Below are positions 1 through 8,880 of a stretch of DNA of 64,000 nucleotides, in pieces. The translations under genes were made by a program, and so were the position numbers. Position 1 is the stretch's first letter. The number at the start of each line of letters is the position of its first letter. Under the pieces are notes generated by a model. The model searched no databases. It worked only from the letters and a program-made list of their open reading frames with translations, and was not told the DNA's origin. Origin of the DNA: Clostridia bacterium (lineage in GTDB: Bacteria; Bacillota; Clostridia; DSM-8532; SZUA-474); contig QKEK01000156.1 in NCBI GenBank assembly GCA_003251775.1, positions 24,855 to 88,854 of the forward strand. The letters run 5' to 3'.

Positions 1-552
1 AGGTTTGAAATTGAAAATTTCTATCTGGAACCCCGAATATCCCTGCTTTTTAAGGGAAACTTGGGTGGAGAAGTTGTTCAAAACAATTTTCACTCATTTC
101 GGAATCTGGATCATCTGGTTTTACCCTATAAAAACAGTGAAACCGGAGTAGAGCTGGATTTTGAAGGGGGATTAAATATTGATCCATTTACTCTCAGTAT
201 GGAATTTAAACTGCCGTCTGCAATAAAGCCGGTTTCAGCAGCAATTAATCTGAATTTCTGGCTGGATTTGAATTATGCAATTCTGGATTTTACAGCAGGA
301 TATAAACAATACCTTACAGAAATTCCAGAGTATTCTGAATTTTTAAGGTCAGGAGTAGTTTCAGGAGGTCAAATAATTCTGTTATTTCCTTATAATATCA
401 CAATAAATATGGGTTTCTTTATTTTTCCTGCTAGAAATCTCAATAATGATCCCGGGTATTTATATAAGGAAAGATGGTTTTCACCTCAATTCTGGGTGGC
501 ATTTGGAGTAAATGGGGAAAAATACAGGGCTAATAGTGTGGTAAACTTCTAA
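1..552 (+). CDS. C-terminal part of a putative outer-membrane beta-barrel-like protein (5' end outside window)
   Basis: Frame 1 is open from base 1, with no stop before the listed TTG at 61. The sequence alternates hydrophobic and polar residues and ends ...SVVNF (a terminal Phe, as in OMP beta-signals). No family recognised. Confidence 0.4.
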   Translation, partial: RFEIENFYLEPRISLLFKGNLGGEVVQNNFHSFRNLDHLVLPYKNSETGVELDFEGGLNIDPFTLSMEFKLPSAIKPVSAAINLNFWLDLNYAILDFTAGYKQYLTEIPEYSEFLRSGVVSGGQIILLFPYNITINMGFFIFPARNLNNDPGYLYKERWFSPQFWVAFGVNGEKYRANSVVNF

Positions 553-573
553 ATAAGGATTTATATTTAACTA

Positions 574-2640
574 ATGAACAGTGAGATCTTTAATCTAATT
601 TACTCAAGTAAAGAGTCTTTCTCATCGGACCTGGAAGCAGCAATCAGTTATGCCAGGAAAGCTGTAGATATCTCAAGAAAGAGTAAACTTAAAGAGGAGT
701 TGGCAGAGAGTCTTATTACACTTGTTCATGCTCTTTCCGAGAAGGGAAATATAGATAAAGTTGATGATTATCTTTATGAAGCAATTAGAATCCTGGAAAC
801 TATTGAAAACAGCAATATACTTTTAAAAGCCTATTCTGCCCTTGGGACAGTATATTTAAAAACCGGGGAACTGGATAATGCTTTAACAGCTTTTAAAACC
901 TCACTGGATCTCTCCTTAAAAATAGATGAGTTAGATGAAAAGACAAAAACACTTCTTGGGATAGGTTCAGTCCTGGCACTTAAAAAGTCCTATGATGATG
1001 CACTTAACTACTCAAATTTAGCACTGGAGGCATCAAGAAAGTCAGGAGACATAAACTCTGAGCTAAAATCTCTAAACAACATCGGTTTTATATATAACTG
1101 TTTGAATAGGCTTGATAAGGCGGAAGAGTCCTTAAACCAATGTATATTACTCTGTAATACAAGAGGGTATGACAATGTTTTAGTAACAGCTTTAGATGAA
1201 CTTGGAGTAATTTGTAAAAAAAAGGGTAATGGGGAAAAAGCTGAAGAAAACTGGAAAAAAGCAATAGAGTTTGATACTAAAAGAGGGGAATCCTTCTACA
1301 GTATCGCACCATTGCTTAACCTTGCAGATTATTATTTCAGTATTAAAAAGTTGGAAGAGTCTAAAAACTATCTGCAACGTGCAAGAAAACTTTGTATTAG
1401 AACAAATTCAAAACTTGACCTAATTTCAATATATGAACTGGAGAGTAAAATTAACGAAGCCAGAGGGCAGTATAAAGAAGCATTAAAATTCTATAAGAAA
1501 ATGCATAAACTGGATAAAGAGATTGGGGATCAGGACTCAGTAAGAGAGTTAAAAGAGAGAGAGTATAAAATAATACAAGAATCAAAGGAGAGATTAGTTG
1601 CCCTTGGCCATGTAGGTCGAGCCATAACAGAAACCCTGGATATGGAAACCATGGTTTGCAATATAAACAAGTATGCTAAAGAGATTTTTAATTTCAATAT
1701 AATCGGTATTGCCCAGTATAGAGAGGAAAAAAGAGAGATAGCCTATGAGTTTTTTATGGAAGACGGGGCAATTATTCCAAAATTCTACTCCGATGTGGAT
1801 AATGTAAGTAATCTGGCTGGCTGGGTAATAAGAAATAAAAAAAGCATTGTGATTCAGGATACTGAAAAAGAGGTCTTTAAATATGTTGTATGCCAGGAAA
1901 AGATTGCAAACAGATGGGGTGCCACAGGCAAAATGCCAAGATCCATACTTTATAATCCATTAATTGTTGCAGACAAAATAATTGGAATCTTTACAATACA
2001 GAGTTACTCAATTAACAGTTTTTCAGCTGATGATATAGAATCATTTAAAATTTTATCCTCCTATGTAGCAATTGGTTTTAACAATGCACTACAATCAAGA
2101 AAAATTAAGGATCAGAATAAAGAACTTCTTAAACTCTCTATAACAGATAGCCTAACGGGACTAAAAAACAGAAGATCTTTTTTTGATGATCTGAATCTGT
2201 GCTGGAACTGGTCATTTAGAACCAGAGCTCCTCTAAGTGTAATCCTTCTGGATCTTGATCATTTTAAGGAGATAAATGACACATACGGGCATCCCGCAGG
2301 GGACTACTGCCTAATTGAAATTGCAAAAATATTAAGGAGGGCAATAAGGCGGGAGAGTGATGAAGTAGCCAGATTAGGTGGAGAGGAATTTGGAATATTC
2401 CTTGGGGGCACAGATAATGATGGTGCAAATACCGTAGCAGAGAGCATTCTTTCAGAAATTAGAGATTTTGATTTTAACTTTATAGGAATGGATTTTAAAA
2501 TAACTGCAAGTATTGGTATAAAAACCGTATTCCCGGCTATTGAGCATAAAATTGATATTGGAGAGGTCATATCCGATGCAGATAAGGCCCTTTACGAAGC
2601 AAAAAGATCAGGAAGAAACTGTGTGGTGAATTTCTTTTAA
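574..2640 (+). CDS. TPR-like repeats / GAF / GGDEF diguanylate cyclase (cytoplasmic)
   Basis: The N-terminus has TPR-like helical repeats and the middle is GAF-like. The C-terminus reads DSLTGLKNRR...GGEEF, with an RESD I-site (RxxD) 5 residues upstream. No TM segments. Confidence 0.85.
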   Translation: MNSEIFNLIYSSKESFSSDLEAAISYARKAVDISRKSKLKEELAESLITLVHALSEKGNIDKVDDYLYEAIRILETIENSNILLKAYSALGTVYLKTGELDNALTAFKTSLDLSLKIDELDEKTKTLLGIGSVLALKKSYDDALNYSNLALEASRKSGDINSELKSLNNIGFIYNCLNRLDKAEESLNQCILLCNTRGYDNVLVTALDELGVICKKKGNGEKAEENWKKAIEFDTKRGESFYSIAPLLNLADYYFSIKKLEESKNYLQRARKLCIRTNSKLDLISIYELESKINEARGQYKEALKFYKKMHKLDKEIGDQDSVRELKEREYKIIQESKERLVALGHVGRAITETLDMETMVCNINKYAKEIFNFNIIGIAQYREEKREIAYEFFMEDGAIIPKFYSDVDNVSNLAGWVIRNKKSIVIQDTEKEVFKYVVCQEKIANRWGATGKMPRSILYNPLIVADKIIGIFTIQSYSINSFSADDIESFKILSSYVAIGFNNALQSRKIKDQNKELLKLSITDSLTGLKNRRSFFDDLNLCWNWSFRTRAPLSVILLDLDHFKEINDTYGHPAGDYCLIEIAKILRRAIRRESDEVARLGGEEFGIFLGGTDNDGANTVAESILSEIRDFDFNFIGMDFKITASIGIKTVFPAIEHKIDIGEVISDADKALYEAKRSGRNCVVNFF

Positions 2641-2661
2641 AAAAAAATATATATAAAGGTT

Positions 2662-3711
2662 GTGTATAGACCTTTTAAAACCTTTCTTTACCTATTAATA
2701 ATCCTGTTTATTGCAAATTCCTGTAGTATTGGAGAAAAAAGAGAACTGGAACATCTGATTCTCGTCTATATGGCTGCTGATAATAATCTAAAAGATGCCG
2801 CTTTAATAGATATTAAAGAGATGGAGAGTGTAAACTATTATGGTTCCGGGATAAAAGTTATTGCACTCCTTGATACACCCTTTGGAGCAAATATTTATGA
2901 AGTCAGCTTCGATGAAAGTAAAAGCAGAGACAATATAACTTCTAAAAAAGTCGAAGCTCTTTTTCCCGGGAATTCCAAGATTAATATGGGTGATGGTGAA
3001 GTTCTTAAACAATTTATAGCATTTAGTAAACAAAAGTATCCGTCAGAGAGATACTCCTTAATAATCTGGAATCATGGAGAGGGGTTAAGAGTCTGTCAGG
3101 ATGGTGGCAGTAACGACTGGCTAACAACTGTAGAACTTGAAGCTGCTTTAAAAGATCACTTTTTTGAGTTTATTGGTTTTGATGCATGTTTTATGTCTGT
3201 TACAGATGTAGCTTATTGTCTTAAAAATAGTTCAGATATAATGGTCGCTTCCCAGGATTTTGAAGAAGAGGGTGGGTGGGACTACACATATATTTTAAAA
3301 GAATTTGCTAAGTCCCATAAAAATGGGGAAACTATGGGAAAAATATTGGTAAATTCCTACACAAATAAATACTCGGGAAAGAATCTATCTCTCTACTACT
3401 TAAGAAATATTGATAACTACATAAATGAACTTTACCTATTTTATGAAGAGCTTAAAAAACTGGATAAAGCAGTAATAAAAAGAATAATATTGGGTATTCC
3501 GCCTATAAATAACTCATTTTACGACGCAAAATCAGTTTTTTTAGCATTTTATTCCATTTTTGATACAAAATCGGTTAGCAATGAACTAGACTTATTTGTA
3601 GCTTTTGGAGGAACTTCATTGTACTTTCCGACTCAAAAACAGGACATTGATGTAGCATTTTACTCAAATAATGGACTTTTTAGGGATTATTTTGATGTTT
3701 TGTTACAATAA
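2662..3711 (+). CDS. Peptidase C11 (clostripain-family) cysteine protease, lipoprotein
   Basis: Family-typical blocks are present: LVYMAADNNL, IIWNHGEG (catalytic His) and GFDACFM (catalytic Cys). The signal peptide ends IANSC. GTG start lies 21 nt after the preceding GGDEF gene. Confidence 0.8.
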   Translation: MYRPFKTFLYLLIILFIANSCSIGEKRELEHLILVYMAADNNLKDAALIDIKEMESVNYYGSGIKVIALLDTPFGANIYEVSFDESKSRDNITSKKVEALFPGNSKINMGDGEVLKQFIAFSKQKYPSERYSLIIWNHGEGLRVCQDGGSNDWLTTVELEAALKDHFFEFIGFDACFMSVTDVAYCLKNSSDIMVASQDFEEEGGWDYTYILKEFAKSHKNGETMGKILVNSYTNKYSGKNLSLYYLRNIDNYINELYLFYEELKKLDKAVIKRIILGIPPINNSFYDAKSVFLAFYSIFDTKSVSNELDLFVAFGGTSLYFPTQKQDIDVAFYSNNGLFRDYFDVLLQ

Positions 3712-3795
3712 TGTTGGTTTTAAGGTATAAAACAACATAAATGTATTAATTAAAAAAATAGAAAACTTTCATTTTTGTACCGGTTAAAAATTGGC

Positions 3796-3847
3796 TTTAT
3801 GCAAAATAAATCTTTAATTACTTATCTGGTAATGATTTATGCAAAAT
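3796..3847 (+). promoter_or_regulatory. Two identical 12-bp direct repeats TTTATGCAAAAT (3796-3807, 3836-3847), candidate upstream activator sites
   Basis: The two copies are exact and spaced 40 bp start to start. They lie 22-73 bp upstream of the sigma54-type promoter of amtB. Confidence 0.35.
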
Positions 3848-3868
3848 TATGTATTGTTTCAAAAATGT

Positions 3869-3884
3869 TGGCACGGTGTTTGCT
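3869..3884 (+). promoter_or_regulatory. Sigma54 (-24/-12) promoter of amtB-glnK
   Basis: TGGCACGgtgtTTGCT has GG (3870-3871) and GC (3882-3883) 12 nt apart, matching the TGGCACG-N4-TTGCW consensus. It ends 33 nt upstream of the amtB ATG. Confidence 0.7.
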
Positions 3885-3916
3885 TTACCGGAAGCATATT
3901 GATTATGGAGTAATAT

Positions 3917-5260
3917 ATGAAATTTTTACACAACAGAAAAGTAATACTTTCACTTATTTTAGGGATATTAATACTGTCCCCGGCTGCTGCAGAGGGCGAC
4001 CAGGTAGCAACTATTGCTTTAGCAACTATTGCTTTAGGGCTTGATACTGTATGGGTTCTTCTTGGAGCATTTCTTGTATTTTTTATGCAAGCAGGGTTTG
4101 GAATGGTTGAGGCTGGTTTTATCCGGGCAAAAAACTCAACTAATATTTTAACAAAAAACTTTTTAGATTTCTGTATGGCATCTATTGGTTTCTTTATCTT
4201 TGGTTATGCAATCATGTTTGGAAAAGGAAATGACTTCCTTGGTTGGACAGGATTCTTTATGAAGGGTGCAGAGAGTGGTGCAGATGTTCCTCTTTTTGCT
4301 TTCTGGTTATTCCAGGCTGCTTTCTGTGGTGCTGCTGCTACAATTGTTGCCGGTGGTATGGCTGAGAGAATGAAATTTAAAGCGTATATTGTATACTCTT
4401 TCCTAATTTCTGCATTTATTTATCCAATTATTGGTCACTGGACATGGGGTGGCGGTTGGTTAGCCGGATTAAACTTTGCTGACTTTGCAGGTTCTGCTGT
4501 TGTACATACAACTGGTGGTGTTGCAGCTTTAGTAGGAACAATTATTTTAAAACCAAGAACAGGAAAATATAGACCAGACGGTTCTGTAAAAATGATATCA
4601 GGTCACAATATACCACTTGCATCACTAGGTGTTTTTATCCTGTGGTTCGGTTGGTTTGGTTTTAACGCAGGTTCAACACTTGGTGTTGGCGATGGTTCAC
4701 TTATCTCTTTAGTTGCAATTAACACTAACCTTGCTGCTGCAGCTGGTGGTATAATAGCAATGATTGTTGTATGGTCAAAAACAGGAAAACCGGATCTTTC
4801 TATGGCATTAAACGGTGCTTTAGCAGGATTGGTTGCTGTAACTGCTCCTTGTGCATTTATTAGCCCTGTTTCCGCAATTATTATTGGTGCTGTTGGTGGT
4901 TGTCTTGTTGTATTTGCATCACTTTTACTTGATAAGTTAAAAATTGATGACCCTGTAGGTGCTTTCCCGGTACATGGTGTAAATGGTATTTGGGGTACAT
5001 TGTCAATTGGTCTTTTTGGAAGAGAGTCATTAGGTTTAGCACATGATGGTCTTCTTTTTGGTGGCGGGTTTACACAATTAGGTGTTCAGGCTCTAGGTGT
5101 ATTTTCAATTGCTGCTTTTGTAGCTGTTGCAATGGGTATAATATTTATTATTATAGACAAAACAATAGGTTTAAGAGCATCAGTAGAAGAAGAGAATATT
5201 GGTCTTGATATTGGTGAACACGGTCTGGAATCTTATTCCGGTTTCCAAATAATAGAGTAG
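3917..5260 (+). CDS. amtB: Ammonium transporter (Amt family)
   Basis: The protein is about 11-TM and has Amt hallmarks: FMQAGFGMVEAG, AADFAGSAVVH-like NFADFAGSAVVHTTGG, and WFGWFGFNAGS. A P-II gene follows. Confidence 0.95.
   Translation: MKFLHNRKVILSLILGILILSPAAAEGDQVATIALATIALGLDTVWVLLGAFLVFFMQAGFGMVEAGFIRAKNSTNILTKNFLDFCMASIGFFIFGYAIMFGKGNDFLGWTGFFMKGAESGADVPLFAFWLFQAAFCGAAATIVAGGMAERMKFKAYIVYSFLISAFIYPIIGHWTWGGGWLAGLNFADFAGSAVVHTTGGVAALVGTIILKPRTGKYRPDGSVKMISGHNIPLASLGVFILWFGWFGFNAGSTLGVGDGSLISLVAINTNLAAAAGGIIAMIVVWSKTGKPDLSMALNGALAGLVAVTAPCAFISPVSAIIIGAVGGCLVVFASLLLDKLKIDDPVGAFPVHGVNGIWGTLSIGLFGRESLGLAHDGLLFGGGFTQLGVQALGVFSIAAFVAVAMGIIFIIIDKTIGLRASVEEENIGLDIGEHGLESYSGFQIIE
4006..4035 (+). 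repeat. Perfect 15-bp tandem duplication (AGCAACTATTGCTTT x2) inside the amtB 5' region
   Basis: Read directly from the sequence. It encodes ATIAL-ATIAL just after the predicted signal sequence. Confidence 0.9.
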
Positions 5261-5271
5261 GGGGGTATTAA

Positions 5272-5613
5272 ATGTTATTAATAACAGCAATGATTAAACC
5301 ACAAAGATTCGAAGAGGTGAAAAAAGCTCTTTTCGAAGCGGATATACATAAAATGACTGTTTCTTCAGTAAAAGGTTGTGGTCAACAGAAGGGATATGAA
5401 GAGTCATTTCGTGGAGTTGTTTCCGAGGTTAATTTATTAAATAAAATTAGACTTGATATTGCAGTAAATGAAGAATTTAAGCAAAAAACTATAGATGCAA
5501 TTATTAAAGGTGCAAGAACAGAGACAATCGGAGACGGTAAGATTTTTGTTACTGAGCTAAAAGAGTGTATTAGAATCAGAACTGGAGAAGAGGGTTCTGA
5601 AGCTATAGGCTAA
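5272..5613 (+). CDS. glnK: Nitrogen regulatory protein P-II (GlnK type, amtB-linked)
   Basis: The 113-aa protein aligns without gaps to the canonical P-II pattern (IKPxxxxxVxxAL...MTVxxVKGxGxQKG...GDGKIFV...IRIRTGE). It starts 11 nt after amtB. Confidence 0.9.
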   Translation: MLLITAMIKPQRFEEVKKALFEADIHKMTVSSVKGCGQQKGYEESFRGVVSEVNLLNKIRLDIAVNEEFKQKTIDAIIKGARTETIGDGKIFVTELKECIRIRTGEEGSEAIG

Positions 5614-5640
5614 TAATATTCTTTACCAACAATTAAAATT

Positions 5641-5676
5641 GACTTATCATGGTAACATGGTAAGTCGGTTTTTTTT
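5641..5676 (+). terminator. Rho-independent terminator-like hairpin after glnK
   Basis: An 11-bp stem (5641-5651 pairs with 5656-5666, one G-U) has a GTAA loop and is followed by GG plus T8 (5669-5676). It overlaps the probable ATG (5657) of the next gene. Confidence 0.55.
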
Positions 5677-7366
5677 CTTTATAACCTTTCTTTTTTCATT
5701 TTCACTACTGTTTTCAGAGGCAGAATCTGGAAGTATAGATGTTTTAGGTAAATTATCAGAAAAAAACAGTACAATAAAGCTGGACGGTGAGTGGGAATTT
5801 TACTGGAAGGAGTTTATCCCTCCTGTTGGAAACAGTGTAAAACCATCATCCTTAATAACAGTACCTGGTTACTGGACTGATAACAGCACCTACTCATCCT
5901 GGGGTTATGGTAGTTACAGACTTTTAATAAAAAATCTAGTCCCAGGTAAAATCTACTCCCTCTATATAGGTGATGTTTATTCAAATTATAATCTCTATAT
6001 TAATGGGAATTTAGTAAGTCAAAACGGTGTAGTCTCATCTAATCCTATGGAGAGTATACCTCAAAGTCTACCAAAAATTGTCTCCTTTACGACTAAAGCT
6101 CCCACAGTAGAACTTGTTATACATATAAGTAATTACGACTACAGGGTAAGTGGAATTTGGCGGAGCCTTATACTGGGAAGTGAAGATGGAGTAAGAAATT
6201 TCGAATTTTCCAGACTGTTTATAGATATTTTTGTAATTGGTATTTTGTTGGCAGTATCTCTTCTCCATTTTGGAATATACTTTTATAGGAAAGTGAATAG
6301 AACTCCATTTATTTTTGCTATAATCTGTTTTTCAATAATATTTCGTGTAATGAATACGGGAGAGCAGTTAATGACCCGATTTTTCCCTGGTATCTCATGG
6401 GAAATAATTCGAAAACTAGAATTTTTACCTTTTTTTATTACAACCCCACTTTTTATAGTTCTAACAACAAAACTGTTTCCTGAAGAGTCAATTAATAAAA
6501 TAAACAGATTTTTTTATATAAGTTGTTCCGGGATTCTGGGAGTATTTATTCTGGTAACCCCTATGAAATTTGCCAACTACTCAGTTCCTGTTGCTGAAGT
6601 TTTAATAGGTTTAATTGTCTTTTATCTTATTTTTATTGTTGTTAAAGCTGTTATACACAGAAGAGATTTCTCAATTTTATATACAATAACTTTTGGTGTT
6701 TTTTTTATCGCAGTTTTTAACGATATTCTTTATGCTTTAATGGTTATTCAATCCATCTACATTGGGCCTCTCTTTTTTATTATAGCAATTATTGGTCAAT
6801 CCCAAATTCAGACCAAGCAATTTATACATAGAATCTGCGAAACTGATAAAATAGAGGAGAGCAGGGACTTTTTTATGAAAATAAGTGACACTGATGCTTT
6901 AACATCCCTCTATAATTCACGATTTCTATACCGAACCCTAACTAAAAGCATAAAGGATACTCTGGATACCCGGACAAAACTATCATTAATAATGATAGAT
7001 GTAGATGATTTTAAGATGTATAACGACACTTATGGTCACACAATGGGGGATAAAGTTTTAAGAAGTATTGCAAACTCAATTAAAAGTTCCGCCAGAGATC
7101 ACGATTTAATCTGTAGATATGGGGGAGAGGAATTTACAATAATTTTACCAGATACTGATATTGAAGAAGCAAAGAAAATATCAGAAAGAATTCGACTCAA
7201 TGTGGAACATAATACTTCCTTACTGGAAAATAATTTAATAATAACAATTTCCCTTGGGGTAACAGAATTACTCCCGGAGGATAGTAGTAAATCAATAATT
7301 GAGAGGGCTGATAAGGCTCTTTATATAGCAAAAAAACAAGGTAAAAATAGGGTAGAGGTACTTTAA
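5657..7366 (+). CDS. 7TMR-DISM sensor diguanylate cyclase (extracellular DISMED2-like domain, 7 TM, GGDEF)
   Basis: An N-terminal signal and extracellular domain (IKLDGEWEFYWKEF...) are followed by seven hydrophobic helices. The C-terminus reads DALTSLYNSRF...GGEEF with an RDHD I-site. The track lists a TTG start at 5639, but the ATG at 5657 gives a plausible signal peptide. Confidence 0.85.
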   Translation: MVSRFFFFITFLFSFSLLFSEAESGSIDVLGKLSEKNSTIKLDGEWEFYWKEFIPPVGNSVKPSSLITVPGYWTDNSTYSSWGYGSYRLLIKNLVPGKIYSLYIGDVYSNYNLYINGNLVSQNGVVSSNPMESIPQSLPKIVSFTTKAPTVELVIHISNYDYRVSGIWRSLILGSEDGVRNFEFSRLFIDIFVIGILLAVSLLHFGIYFYRKVNRTPFIFAIICFSIIFRVMNTGEQLMTRFFPGISWEIIRKLEFLPFFITTPLFIVLTTKLFPEESINKINRFFYISCSGILGVFILVTPMKFANYSVPVAEVLIGLIVFYLIFIVVKAVIHRRDFSILYTITFGVFFIAVFNDILYALMVIQSIYIGPLFFIIAIIGQSQIQTKQFIHRICETDKIEESRDFFMKISDTDALTSLYNSRFLYRTLTKSIKDTLDTRTKLSLIMIDVDDFKMYNDTYGHTMGDKVLRSIANSIKSSARDHDLICRYGGEEFTIILPDTDIEEAKKISERIRLNVEHNTSLLENNLIITISLGVTELLPEDSSKSIIERADKALYIAKKQGKNRVEVL

Positions 7367-8238
7367 TGTTTAAATTAACAGAAGAATTTTTAAAAGAGAT
7401 TGGCAATTTTACTAATATTAAATGGACACCAACACTGAATCTCTTTTCCGGTTTATTAATAGACCAGCTAAAATCCCTTGCAGGATTCCATGAAGATGAG
7501 AATATGCTCACAATGGAACAGCGAGAGGAGATCGCAAAGGAGAACCAGGTTAAGCATAAAAAAGAGCGGGAAGAACTTCCATCAGACTACCCGGTAAAGT
7601 TTAGCTGGCTGGATGTTGATGGTAAAAACTATATGACCCCGGTTAAAAATCAGGGTTTTTGCAGTTCATGTGTTGCCTTTGGTTCCCTTGCAGCAGTAGA
7701 GACTATGGCTATGAAAATAAGTGGTAAAATTGAGAATCTCTCAGAAGCACAGCTCTTCTTTGGCAGTCCCGGAGACCATAACTGTAAAACAGGTTGGAAA
7801 ATAGACCCTGCTTTAAAATTTATTGAATCAACAGGGGTAGTTCCCGAATCAATGTATCCATATAACCTTGAAAACAGAAACCAAAAACTCCCTGAAAATT
7901 GGGAAAAATCGGTTACTAAAATCACCGGTTACGAAACTTTAACTACTATTACAGATATGAAGAAGTGGATTTCCACTAAGGGGCCATTAATTACAGCCAT
8001 GATGCTTAATCTGGATTTTCTTTTTTATGGTAAAGGAATTTACCACCATGTTATTGGGCCACAACTAGGTGGACACTGTGTATGCGTTGTAGGCTATAAC
8101 GACGATTATGGTGCCTGGCTCTGTAAAAACTCCTGGAGCGACCACTGGGGGGAAGAGGGCTACTTCTGGATAGAGTATGGCCAGTGTGGTATAGGTGCAG
8201 AGATGTGGGGCATAAATGGAGTATTAACACTTCCTTAA
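7366..8238 (+). CDS. Papain-family (C1A) cysteine peptidase, no signal peptide
   Basis: Motifs: NQGFCSSCVAF (Gln/Cys), GGHCVCVVGY (His) and KNSWSDHWGEEGYFWI (Asn block). The start overlaps the stop of the GGDEF gene (TAATG). Confidence 0.85.
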   Translation: MFKLTEEFLKEIGNFTNIKWTPTLNLFSGLLIDQLKSLAGFHEDENMLTMEQREEIAKENQVKHKKEREELPSDYPVKFSWLDVDGKNYMTPVKNQGFCSSCVAFGSLAAVETMAMKISGKIENLSEAQLFFGSPGDHNCKTGWKIDPALKFIESTGVVPESMYPYNLENRNQKLPENWEKSVTKITGYETLTTITDMKKWISTKGPLITAMMLNLDFLFYGKGIYHHVIGPQLGGHCVCVVGYNDDYGAWLCKNSWSDHWGEEGYFWIEYGQCGIGAEMWGINGVLTLP

Positions 8239-8880
8239 AATAAAGTAGGCAAAACCCTTATTTAAACCATTGTAAACCTGGTTATCTATAATCTCGAAAA
8301 GAAGATTAAACTCCTTACCAAATATGTCTCTAATATCATTACTATTTAAAAACCACTCATCAAGGTATAAATATGGGAAGTAGGAAGGCTCCTTAGTCTC
8401 AATATGCTCTTTCTCCCTATACCAGGCACCAATTATATATAAAGTGCTTTTATCGGCTCTTTTAGAAACATTTTTAAGGTAAGCGGCTCTTGCCTCAGGG
8501 GGTATGCTATGAAAACAGCCACAATCAATAATAATGTCATAATGGTCATCTAAGGGTAAATTGTCCTCAGTAATATCCAGATGAACAAATTTCTTACTTC
8601 CACTATACTTCCCTTTGCAAAATTCAACAGCTTTATCTGCAAAATCTGCCCCTGTGTATTCCAGGGCATAACTAGGAAATTCCTCAACAATCATGGAATT
8701 TCTACCATTCCCACAACCAATATCAAGCATTTTATAGCTGCCAATACACCTCTGCTTTAAGCAATCCCCAATAATGGAAATAAGGTTTGGATCAGTCCCT
8801 GGACTTGACCAGCCAGGCTTAAACTCCTCTTTCTCATAAATTTCATTCCAAATAGACTTATCATTAACTTTTTTACTCAT
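8224..8880 (-). CDS. Class I SAM-dependent methyltransferase
   Basis: The glycine-rich SAM motif LDIGCGNGRNS and later acidic loops are present. The preferred start is MSKKVND at 8880, because ATGAGTAA overlaps the stop of the upstream rSAM gene. The track ORF extends to 8937. Confidence 0.8.
   Translation of the reverse strand: MSKKVNDKSIWNEIYEKEEFKPGWSSPGTDPNLISIIGDCLKQRCIGSYKMLDIGCGNGRNSMIVEEFPSYALEYTGADFADKAVEFCKGKYSGSKKFVHLDITEDNLPLDDHYDIIIDCGCFHSIPPEARAAYLKNVSKRADKSTLYIIGAWYREKEHIETKEPSYFPYLYLDEWFLNSNDIRDIFGKEFNLLFEIIDNQVYNGLNKGFAYFILRKC

Noticed and set aside
3775-4044. 89-aa ORF upstream of and overlapping amtB
   Set aside because: It is out of frame with amtB and overlaps it. It spans the sigma54 promoter and repeat region, has no RBS, and has a low-complexity composition. 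It is most likely spurious.
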